From the NCBI GenBank assembly GCA_964419645.1, contig CAYQRG010000001.1, forward strand, positions 1 through 33,942: a stretch of 33,942 nucleotides of DNA, in the 5' to 3' direction. The notes under the pieces were generated by a model. The model did no database searches, was not told where the DNA came from, and saw only the letters and a list, made by a program, of their open reading frames with translations. Of this stretch, positions 26,814-33,942 are shown one piece after another; the first letter of the stretch is position 1, and each line of letters begins with the position of its first letter. Position numbers and translations under genes: made by a program. The stretch comes from an uncultured Eubacterium sp. (GTDB taxonomy: Bacteria; Bacillota; Clostridia; Lachnospirales; Lachnospiraceae).

Positions 26814-27104
26814 ATGATGGAAAGAAAGAAAAAAATTGAAAAAGTAAAGACTGCCGTTGCCCTTGCCTATGAACCGGGAGATCTGGCGCCGAAAATTCTG
26901 GCTACGGGAAAGGGAGAAGTAGCAGAGCGGATTATCGAAAAGGGAAAAGAAGGAAATGTTCCCCTGTATAAAGACAATAAATTAGCCAAAACTTTATCTA
27001 AACTGGAGATCGGAGATACGATCCCTCCGGAACTGTATGACGTAGTGGCGGAGATTTTAGTCTTTGTGGATGACATGGACCGGCTGCGTTCCAAAATACA
27101 ATAG
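26814..27104 (+). CDS. FlhB C-terminal-like (EscU/YscU/HrcU; YlqH-type) protein
   Basis: AVALAY...APKILATGKGEVAERII...IPPELYDVVAEIL, homologous to the post-cleavage part of FlhB in this window. Confidence 0.9.
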   Translation: MMERKKKIEKVKTAVALAYEPGDLAPKILATGKGEVAERIIEKGKEGNVPLYKDNKLAKTLSKLEIGDTIPPELYDVVAEILVFVDDMDRLRSKIQ

Positions 27105-27128
27105 AAACAGGAGCAAATTTTATTATAT

Positions 27129-27488
27129 ATGAAAAACAAAAGAAAGATCGGAGCAGATTACGAAAAGAAAGCTGTGGAATATCTGCGGCAGCAGGGTTTT
27201 TCCATTTTAGAACAAAATTTTTACAGCAGATGCGGCGAGATCGATATTATTGCAAAGGATGGAAGCTATCTTGTATTTGTTGAGGTCAAATACCGCAGCA
27301 GTACTTCCTGCGGCAATCCTTTGGAGGCGGTGAATGCAAAGAAACAGAAACATATTTGCAGAACCGCTTTTTATTTTTGCGTCAGCCATGGGTATCCGGA
27401 TACGACGCCCTGCCGGTTTGATGTGATTGCTATGCTGGGAGAAGATGAGATCGTACATGTGAAAGATGCGTTTCCGTTTCAATTGTAA
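27129..27488 (+). CDS. yraN: YraN family (UPF0102) putative endonuclease
   Basis: GEIDIIAKDG..LVFVEVKYR, CRFDVI. Confidence 0.92.
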   Translation: MKNKRKIGADYEKKAVEYLRQQGFSILEQNFYSRCGEIDIIAKDGSYLVFVEVKYRSSTSCGNPLEAVNAKKQKHICRTAFYFCVSHGYPDTTPCRFDVIAMLGEDEIVHVKDAFPFQL

Positions 27489-27541
27489 GAATTGGATTGC
27501 GGATGTGTGAAAAAGTATGAAGAAGCGCAGGAGGAGTAAAA

Positions 27542-28408
27542 ATGCAAAAATATCAAAACCCTATATTAAAATATATTTCAATCAGAGAGGGAATGGAAGT
27601 CCCTCTGTTTACATTTCCTCTTTTGGAGGAGACAGGCGTTGTACAGCATGGTTTTACAACGCGACTTGGAGGTGTCAGTCAAGGAATTTTTTCCACTATG
27701 AACTTGAGTTTTTCCAGAGGTGACCAAAAAGAGGCGGTAGAAGAGAATTACAAAAGGCTGGCAGAGGCGCTTGGCGTAGAGTATGACAGTTTTGTATGTT
27801 CCAATCAGACGCATACCACAAATGTGATTCGTGTGGGAAAAGAGGATGTGAAGGAGTGCGGCATCTCTTTTTGCGCTGCAGGGAGTGAAAGAGCGGAAAA
27901 ATATCAGGATGTAGACGGTATGGTGACAAATGAGCCTGGGGTGACGCTGATCACCTATTATGCGGATTGCGTGCCTCTTTATTTTGTAGATCCCGTGCAT
28001 CGTGCCATTGGACTTAGCCATTCCGGCTGGCGGGGGACGGCGGCTCGTATGGGGAAAGTCACATTGGAAAAAATGAAACAGGAATTTTCTACAGAACCGA
28101 AGGATGTGATCTGTGCCATTGGGCCTTCTATCTGCCGAAAGTGTTATGAAGTCAGCGAAGATGTAGCACAGGTGTTTCAAAAGGAGTTTGCAGGGAGAGA
28201 GGAAGAAATTCTTGTAAATAAGGGAGAAGGGAAGTATCTTCTGGATCTTTGGAAGGCGAATGAAATCGTTTTGACAGAAGCAGGCGTTTTGCTTTCCCAT
28301 CTTACGGTGACAGAAGTTTGTACCTGCTGTAATCCGGATCTCTTATTTTCTCATCGGGCAAGTCAGGGAAAGAGGGGAAATCTGGCGGCAGTGCTGGCAT
28401 TGAAATGA
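27542..28408 (+). CDS. pgeF: PgeF/YfiH/YlmD family protein
   Basis: HGFTTRLGGVS, QTHT, YADCVP, HSGWRG, IGPSIC..CYEV, FSHR. Confidence 0.92.
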   Translation: MQKYQNPILKYISIREGMEVPLFTFPLLEETGVVQHGFTTRLGGVSQGIFSTMNLSFSRGDQKEAVEENYKRLAEALGVEYDSFVCSNQTHTTNVIRVGKEDVKECGISFCAAGSERAEKYQDVDGMVTNEPGVTLITYYADCVPLYFVDPVHRAIGLSHSGWRGTAARMGKVTLEKMKQEFSTEPKDVICAIGPSICRKCYEVSEDVAQVFQKEFAGREEEILVNKGEGKYLLDLWKANEIVLTEAGVLLSHLTVTEVCTCCNPDLLFSHRASQGKRGNLAAVLALK

Positions 28409-28423
28409 TATATGTGGTAATAT
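28395..28423 (+). promoter_or_regulatory. Putative sigmaA promoter of the toxin-antitoxin locus
   Basis: TGGCAT-N17-TAATAT with extended -10 TG, overlapping the pgeF stop. Confidence 0.4.
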
Positions 28424-28453
28424 TGAGGAAATCCGAAAGAAAGGAAGCAAGAG

Positions 28454-28714
28454 TTGCGAATAGAGTATAGTAAGAAAGCAGTAAAATATATTAATGCCCT
28501 TGATAAAATTACAAGACATAGAATAAAGGTTGCTATAGAGGGATTAACAGAAACGCCTCCAAAAGGTGATATAAAAACTTTACAAGGATATTCAGATGGA
28601 AGAAAGCGTTTGAGAGTTGGAAAATACAGAATAATATACAATTATTATCCGAACGGAGAAATTGAAATTTTGTTAATTTTAAATGTTGATTCAAGAGGAG
28701 ACATATACAAATAG
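28454..28714 (+). CDS. Type II toxin, RelE/ParE family
   Basis: IEYSKKAVKYI, GDIKTLQG, RLRVGKYRIIY, SRGDIYK; TTG start; AT-rich relative to flanks. Confidence 0.9.
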   Translation: MRIEYSKKAVKYINALDKITRHRIKVAIEGLTETPPKGDIKTLQGYSDGRKRLRVGKYRIIYNYYPNGEIEILLILNVDSRGDIYK

Positions 28715-28789
28715 TATTTTTCATGGAAATACTTTCAGTGTATCCCTTTATGAGCGAAATAAGTACAATAAATGGAAAGGAGATTTTAA

Positions 28790-29002
28790 ATGAGTGGAGC
28801 AGTAAAAGAAGCTACAGGACTTTTAGAAATTCTGCCGGAAAACGAGCAGAAATTTGCACTTGAATTTATTAGAAAGCTGGTTCTTGCATGGGATCCGGAT
28901 TTTACAAAGCTTACACCCGCAGAGCGGTGGGAGCTTGAGGAGGCAGAACAGGATATAAAGGAAAGCGGAACAATATCGCATGATGCGATTAATTGGGATT
29001 GA
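28790..29002 (+). CDS. Putative antitoxin downstream of the RelE toxin
   Basis: 70-aa acidic protein; C-terminal LTPAE..ELEEAEQD...GTISHDAINW resembles RelB-like neutralising tails; strong RBS AAAGGAG. Confidence 0.65.
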   Translation: MSGAVKEATGLLEILPENEQKFALEFIRKLVLAWDPDFTKLTPAERWELEEAEQDIKESGTISHDAINWD

Positions 29003-29015
29003 TACAATGAAACAC

Positions 29016-29047
29016 AAAAAGAGCGAAATTACCCTCGCTCTTTTTTT
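29016..29047 (+). terminator. Rho-independent terminator (potentially bidirectional)
   Basis: AAAAAGAGCGA-aattaccc-TCGCTCTTTTTTT. Confidence 0.85.
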
Positions 29048-29139
29048 ATAAAAACCTCTATGCCATTTGGCAATCTTAAGAGAAAATTAAAAAAATCCTA
29101 CACTTATCTTTATTGTTACGGACATACTAAAGTGATAGA

Positions 29140-29170
29140 CTAACTGTATGAAATGTATTAGTACAATTAG
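29140..29170. promoter_or_regulatory. YtrA/GntR-type operator palindrome
   Basis: CTAAcTGTA-N13-TACAaTTAG just upstream of the gntR RBS; fits the TGTA-N13-TACA pattern of YtrA-subfamily operators. Confidence 0.65.
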
Positions 29171-29187
29171 GTAAGGAGGTCATAGGA

Positions 29188-29568
29188 TTGCTGCAATTAA
29201 ATTACAGAGATGCAAAACCGATCTACGAACAGATCAAAGAAGGAATCCGGCATTTACTTTTGACAAATGCGATTGCGGCGGATGAAAAGCTGCCGAGCGT
29301 CCGGGAACTGGCATCGAATCTGGCAATTAATCCCAACACCATACAGCGGGCATACAAAGAACTGGAATCCGAAGGATATGTCTATAGTATGAAGGGAAAA
29401 GGAACCTTTGCATCTGCGACAGATTTTATACACAAAAGCAGAGAGCAGGAACTGCTGACCACATTTGATGATGTGGTAACAGAGCTTTTTGTCCTGGATG
29501 TGTCGAGAGAAGAATTGGGATGCCGAATGGAAAATCTGGAACAGAGGAGGATTGACACGCATGGTTGA
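29188..29568 (+). CDS. GntR family, YtrA-subfamily transcriptional regulator
   Basis: PIYEQI, KLPSVRELA..LAINPNTIQRAYKELE..G...GKGTF; short C-terminus; TTG start with RBS AAGGAGGT. Confidence 0.93.
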   Translation: MLQLNYRDAKPIYEQIKEGIRHLLLTNAIAADEKLPSVRELASNLAINPNTIQRAYKELESEGYVYSMKGKGTFASATDFIHKSREQELLTTFDDVVTELFVLDVSREELGCRMENLEQRRIDTHG

Positions 29569-30460
29569 GGTAAAGAATCTGGTAAAAGAATTTAATGGTT
29601 TCCGTGCTTTGGACGGGGCGGATATGTCGGTAAAAAAGGGTGCCATTTATGGTCTGGTGGGACCAAACGGCGCCGGCAAATCCACGTTGCTGCGTCATCT
29701 GACGGGAATTTACAGACAGAATGAAGGAACGGTACAGATTGAAGGAGAAGATGTATATGAAAATCCAACGGTAAAAGCAAAATTTGCTTTTATTCCGGAT
29801 GATATCTTTTATTTTATGCAGGCAGACACAATGGAGATGAAACGTTTCTATCAGGGGATTTATCCGAATTTTGACGAGAAAATGTTTTTCCGCCTTATGG
29901 AATATTTTCCTACCATTGATCCGAAAAAGAGCATCCGCAGCCTTTCCAAAGGAATGCAGAAACAGGTGGCATTCTGGCTGGCAGTCTGCACAAGGGCAGA
30001 ACTGTTGATTTTGGATGAACCGGTAGACGGATTAGATCCTGTTATGCGCCGGCAGATCTGGAGCATTATTATGGCAGATGTTTCCGAGCATAACACAACG
30101 GTGATCGTGTCCTCCCACAATTTGAGAGAGCTGGAAGATGTCTGCGATCATGTGGGAATCATGCATAAGGGGAAAATTATCATCGAACGTTCTTTGAGCG
30201 ATCTGCAGGGCAGTGTGTGCAAGATCCAGGTGGCTTTTCAAGCAGAGATGCCCACGCTTCCGGAGGGATTTGAAGTGCTTCATATGTCCAATACCGGCAG
30301 GGTTTATACGCTGATCGTGAAAGGAGATCCGAAAGAGGCGAGACTGCAGTTGGAGAAAATGAATCCCATGCTGATCGATATCCTTCCGCTGACACTGGAG
30401 GAAATTTTCATATATGAATTAGGAGGGGTAGATTATGAAGTCAAAGACATCTTATTTTAA
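29561..30460 (+). CDS. ABC transporter ATP-binding protein (YtrB-like)
   Basis: Walker A GPNGAGKST, signature LSKGM, Walker B LLILDEP, SSH switch; RBS AGGAGG before ATG 29561. Confidence 0.93.
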   Translation: MVEVKNLVKEFNGFRALDGADMSVKKGAIYGLVGPNGAGKSTLLRHLTGIYRQNEGTVQIEGEDVYENPTVKAKFAFIPDDIFYFMQADTMEMKRFYQGIYPNFDEKMFFRLMEYFPTIDPKKSIRSLSKGMQKQVAFWLAVCTRAELLILDEPVDGLDPVMRRQIWSIIMADVSEHNTTVIVSSHNLRELEDVCDHVGIMHKGKIIIERSLSDLQGSVCKIQVAFQAEMPTLPEGFEVLHMSNTGRVYTLIVKGDPKEARLQLEKMNPMLIDILPLTLEEIFIYELGGVDYEVKDILF

Positions 30461-32345
30461 TAAAACCATTTTCCTGAAAAATATCACGCATTTTTGGCCG
30501 ATTTGGCTGATGATCACAGGGTGGAATTTATTTATAATGCCTTTTATGATTTATAATACTTCCCTGGATTATAGAGGCATAAAGGATATTACCGAAAAAG
30601 AGCTGCAGCAGATGAAAAGCAATGACCTGTTGTCTATTACATCGGTTTATATCAATCCGGTGGTTCTGTTCCTATTTGCGATCATTGCAGTTATGGCGGT
30701 ATTTTCGTATTTGTACAATTCCAGATCTGCCAATACGATCCATGCCCTTCCGGTAACCCGGAAAGAACTGTTTTTGACAAATTATATTTCAGGACTGTTG
30801 TTTTTGATCGTTCCGGAGGCAGTGGGATTTTTATTGGGAACTCTGGTGGGCGCAATGTGCGGCTATACCAGTATCAACCATTTGCTGACAGGATTTTTGC
30901 TAGCCTGTGGCATTAGTTTTGTATTTTACAGCTTTACGGTATTTATAGCGATGTTTACCGGACAGCTTATGGCGGTTCCGATTTTTACCTTTATCATTAA
31001 TTTTCTGTATGTGGGGATGAAGAGCCTGGTAGAGCTTTTGATGAGCATTCTTTCCTATGGAATCACATTAGACATTACCAGCAGCAAAGCAGATATATTG
31101 TCGCCTTTATACTATATCATAAGGCATGTGAAATTAGTCCATGATTACAACGGGGAATATTCTGTTTGTACAGGATTTGCAGGCAAAAGCATTGTGGCGG
31201 GTTATTGTGTGGCGGCGGTTGTTTTTGTGATTGCCGCATATCTGATCTACAAGATACGGGATATGGAAACGGCCGGCAGCCTGATTTCCATTCCGTGGAT
31301 TTCACCGGTTTTCCGCTGGGGAGCGGCATTTTGCGGCGGCGTGTTATTCAGTATTATCTTCTGCGGCATTATGGGTATTTCCGGCAGTGGGGCAGTTTTT
31401 GCCGTGGTGCTGGTCACAGGGATTATTTTTGGAGTAATCTTCTTTTTTGGAGCGCAGATGTTTTTGGAAAAAGGATTCCGCGTATTTCATAAAAAGCGTA
31501 TCATAGAATGCGGCGTATTCCTTTTGGCTTTTGCCATTCTGTATGTGGCAATTGAAGTGGATCTGTTTGGTTTTGAAAAGAAAATACCGGATATGTCCCA
31601 GGTGGAATCTGTGAATGTGGATGCTATTAGCGGAGCGGTCATTACAGATCCGGAGTTGATTCAGGAAGTTATGGAAATTCACCGGCAGATCATTGATTCT
31701 AAAAAAGAGTTTGAAAGGTACAACGAGACGGATCAAGATACCTATTATACTTATATACGGTATAACCTGAAAAAAGGAACTTTAAACAGGCGTTACGAGA
31801 TTCCAATCTCAAAAGAAATGTTACAGGATCCGGACACTGTAATCCACAGGATGGTAGAATTTGTGGCAAGTCCCAGTGTTTATCGCGGCGCAGTGTTTAG
31901 TGTCAGCGATGAGAATATCAAATTGCAGGATGGAAGGATTGATCTGTACGACAAAAACGGAGAGTACAGTGATTATGAATTTTCTGCTGATGAACTGGAA
32001 GAAATATACCGGGCATTTCTGGCTGATGTAGAAGAAGGTAATTTTAAGGAAAATATTTATAACAAATATAGGTATGATGACAGCTGGGATCAAATGACGT
32101 ATTTTAATTCCATTAACATCGATTACATCAGTAAAGACAAAAAAGAAAATGCAGATGTTGATGGATATGGGTATACTAACATGACGGCTTCAGTGGTATA
32201 CAATGCTTATATTCAGTTTGATGTCAATTGCAAAAATATCATTGCGGCATTGGTTAAGACAGGGGTGATTGACAGTGAGGAAGATTTGATTACCATTGAT
32301 GAGAAGAATAAGCTGGATGAGAAGAATATGGAATATGAGGATTAA
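30435..32345 (+). CDS. ABC transporter permease with a large C-terminal soluble domain
   Basis: About 10 hydrophobic helices, FSYLYNSRS...HALPVTRKELF motif of ABC-2-type permeases; overlaps the ATPase gene. Confidence 0.85.
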   Translation: MKSKTSYFNKTIFLKNITHFWPIWLMITGWNLFIMPFMIYNTSLDYRGIKDITEKELQQMKSNDLLSITSVYINPVVLFLFAIIAVMAVFSYLYNSRSANTIHALPVTRKELFLTNYISGLLFLIVPEAVGFLLGTLVGAMCGYTSINHLLTGFLLACGISFVFYSFTVFIAMFTGQLMAVPIFTFIINFLYVGMKSLVELLMSILSYGITLDITSSKADILSPLYYIIRHVKLVHDYNGEYSVCTGFAGKSIVAGYCVAAVVFVIAAYLIYKIRDMETAGSLISIPWISPVFRWGAAFCGGVLFSIIFCGIMGISGSGAVFAVVLVTGIIFGVIFFFGAQMFLEKGFRVFHKKRIIECGVFLLAFAILYVAIEVDLFGFEKKIPDMSQVESVNVDAISGAVITDPELIQEVMEIHRQIIDSKKEFERYNETDQDTYYTYIRYNLKKGTLNRRYEIPISKEMLQDPDTVIHRMVEFVASPSVYRGAVFSVSDENIKLQDGRIDLYDKNGEYSDYEFSADELEEIYRAFLADVEEGNFKENIYNKYRYDDSWDQMTYFNSINIDYISKDKKENADVDGYGYTNMTASVVYNAYIQFDVNCKNIIAALVKTGVIDSEEDLITIDEKNKLDEKNMEYED

Positions 32346-32372
32346 ATGGATTGAGAGAAAGTGAAATAAAGC

Positions 32373-32400
32373 TTTACACCTTTTGGTAATCTGATATGAT
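32373..32400 (+). promoter_or_regulatory. Putative sigmaA promoter for the small ORF
   Basis: TTTACA-N16-TATGAT with extended -10 TG. Confidence 0.55.
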
Positions 32401-32447
32401 TAAGTTGTAACAATCAATACAGAGTATCAATGAAAGCAGGTGATTGT

Positions 32448-32624
32448 ATGCCGAGTGAAAAAGAATTAAATGTTATTCTTTTAGATAAGTTAGACTTATT
32501 GGAAAGGTTGGAAATGGCAGATAGCGAAGGCGGTTATGAGAAAATAAAGCAACAACTTGCATTTGAAAAAAAGTGTATTGAACGCAAACTGTATCAAAAT
32601 CCACCGCTTGTAGAAGCACACTAA
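32448..32624 (+). CDS. Small hypothetical helical protein (58 aa)
   Basis: RBS AGGTGA before ATG 32448; own promoter and terminator; MPSEKELNVILLDKLDLLERLEMA... Confidence 0.65.
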   Translation: MPSEKELNVILLDKLDLLERLEMADSEGGYEKIKQQLAFEKKCIERKLYQNPPLVEAH

Positions 32625-32652
32625 AATAAACTAGGAACAGAAACGAATAAAT

Positions 32653-32686
32653 AGAGAGGGAGTTGTCGGTTGGCAACTCCTTTTTT
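32653..32686 (+). terminator. Rho-independent terminator
   Basis: GGGAGTTGTC-ggtt-GGCAACTCCT followed by a T-run. Confidence 0.85.
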
Positions 32687-32772
32687 GTATCTGGATGACC
32701 TACGTTTCTATCGTACAGGTCTGCTCCAGTTTTATATAGGTATGCACTATCTACCGTTTGCAATTTTTCAAA

Positions 32773-32801
32773 TTGTAAATTTGATATGATGATGATATAA
32801 T
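32773..32801 (+). promoter_or_regulatory. Near-consensus sigmaA promoter upstream of hsdM
   Basis: TTGTAA-N17-TATAAT with extended -10 TG. Confidence 0.7.
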
Positions 32802-32810
32802 TCAGAATAA

Positions 32811-32861
32811 GTCATGGAACATATATGTGCAGAACTTGATTGTGACTTTGCAGACTTGGTA
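32811..32861 (+). pseudogene. C-terminal remnant of an Xre/Cro-type HTH regulator (YozG/HTH_26-like)
   Basis: VMEHICAELDCDFADLV matches the 'L..IC..LDCDI.DL' tail of this family; an in-frame TAA lies just upstream and the N-terminal helices are absent. Confidence 0.6.
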
Positions 32862-32894
32862 AATAATAAAAAACTCAGGAGGAAACTGATAAAG

Positions 32895-33942
32895 ATGAGC
32901 AACGATAAAATCAGTGAAGTTGGAATAAATATAGCGGAAAAAGCTACAGTAATTTGGAATGTCGCAGATATGCTTCGCGGACCATTCAAACCACATGAAT
33001 ATGGTCTTGTTATTTTGCCGATGACGGTGGTTAAGAGATTTCACGATTGCTTACTGCCTACTCATGCTCAAGTGCTTGCGCAATATGAAAAAGTGAAACA
33101 TTTGGCAGTCATTGACGGGTTTTTGACAAGAGCCTCCGGTTATCAGTTTTATAACACAAGTAAATTTACTTTTGAGACACTTTTGGCTGATCCGGATAAT
33201 ATAGAAGTGAACTTTAAGGATTATTTGGCCGGTTTTTCGGCAAATGCACAGGATGTATTATCTAAGTTTGATTTTGATAATATCATCAAAAGAATGGTGG
33301 AGAGCAATACCCTGTATCTCATTATTAAAGAGTTTAATTCTGAAAAGGGATATTTAGGCGCTGACAAAATCAGTGCTGTGGATTGTGGTTATATTTTTGA
33401 AGATTTAGTACGCCGCTTTTCAGAGTCCTTTGGAGAGGAAGCAGGAGCACATTTTACAAGCAGAGATATTATTTATCTGATGACAGATTTACTCCTTGCT
33501 GATGCAGATTTAGATACAGGAGGAATGACAGTTTATGATATGACTATGGGAACATCCCAGATGCTTTCCTGTATGGAGGAGAGAATTCATGATTTGAACA
33601 GTGATATAGAGGTTACCTGCTTTGGACAGGAGTTTAACCCGGCCACCTATGCAATTGCAAAAGCAGACATGATGATTCGCGGCGGCGATCCGGATAATAT
33701 GCGGTTCGGAGATACATTGTCAGATGATCAGTTTGAAGGTTTTACATTTGATTATTGTATTTCTAATCCGCCTTTTGGCATTGACTGGAAGCGTGAGAAG
33801 AAAAAGGTGGAAGAAGAAGCGGTAAAAGGGGAGCAGGGCAGATTTGCGCCCGGACTTCCAAAAATCAGCGATGGTCAGCAGTTATTTGTGTTAAATGGAC
33901 TTTCTAAGCTGGCTCCTGGTGGAAAAATGGCAATAATACAAA
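32895..33942 (+). CDS. hsdM: Type I restriction-modification methyltransferase subunit M (3'-truncated by the window edge)
   Basis: Not in the ORF track (no stop in window); translated by hand: IWNVADMLRGPFKPHEYGLVILPMTVVKRF, AGAHFTSRDII, motif I YDMTMGTSQML, GQEFN, GDTLSDD, motif IV SNPPFG (N at 33765). Confidence 0.93.
   Translation, partial: MSNDKISEVGINIAEKATVIWNVADMLRGPFKPHEYGLVILPMTVVKRFHDCLLPTHAQVLAQYEKVKHLAVIDGFLTRASGYQFYNTSKFTFETLLADPDNIEVNFKDYLAGFSANAQDVLSKFDFDNIIKRMVESNTLYLIIKEFNSEKGYLGADKISAVDCGYIFEDLVRRFSESFGEEAGAHFTSRDIIYLMTDLLLADADLDTGGMTVYDMTMGTSQMLSCMEERIHDLNSDIEVTCFGQEFNPATYAIAKADMMIRGGDPDNMRFGDTLSDDQFEGFTFDYCISNPPFGIDWKREKKKVEEEAVKGEQGRFAPGLPKISDGQQLFVLNGLSKLAPGGKMAIIQ

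Noticed and set aside
27578..28300. 240-aa minus-strand ORF
   Set aside because: Fully antisense to the well-conserved pgeF; no recognisable motifs
32473..32763. 96-aa minus-strand ORF as a real gene
   Set aside because: Runs through a terminator and antisense to the small ORF; TTG start without a convincing RBS
1..33942. tRNA/rRNA genes, IS transposases, c-di-GMP riboswitch, flagellar invertible switch
   Set aside because: None recognised by eye; intergenic gaps are short and mostly explained. A covariance-model scan was not possible

Overview
Firmicute window, probably Lachnospiraceae (inferred from gene order and protein style), with essentially all supported genes on the + strand. 1-22.2 kb is the distal half of a fla/che cluster: TIGR02530-type gene (partial), flgE, motA/motB, fliL, fliM, fliY, cheY, fliO, fliP, fliQ, fliR, flhB, flhA, flhF, flhG, cheA-like, cheW-like, cheC, cheD, a small membrane protein, fliA/sigD, a FapA/DUF342 gene and three accessory genes. 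Next is a housekeeping block: rplS with an L19-leader-like RNA, lepB, ylqF/rbgA, rnhB, a FliK-like gene, a FlhB-C-terminal-like gene, yraN and pgeF. Then come a toxin-first RelE-type toxin-antitoxin pair, a YtrA/GntR-ABC transporter operon, a small orphan ORF and the 5' part of a type I R-M hsdM. Most notable: (1) the CheA keeps its phospho-accepting His but has lost the ATP-binding N-box, ATP lid and G2 box while staying an intact ORF; it sits next to a truncated CheW with a probable CTG start, cheB/pilZ are missing here, yet CheY, CheC, CheD and FliY look intact; (2) a short dispersed intergenic element with compensatory stem changes sits between stop codons and RBSs; (3) a two-hairpin structure precedes flgE; (4) the stator has Na+-type (PomAB/MotPS) signature residues; (5) FlhB has an L27/Prp-like N-terminal LQWFA motif; (6) an Xre-HTH remnant is in frame with hsdM. 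No CRISPR array, rRNA, tRNA or intact transposase was seen. No database searches were run, so family calls rest on motif recognition and synteny.
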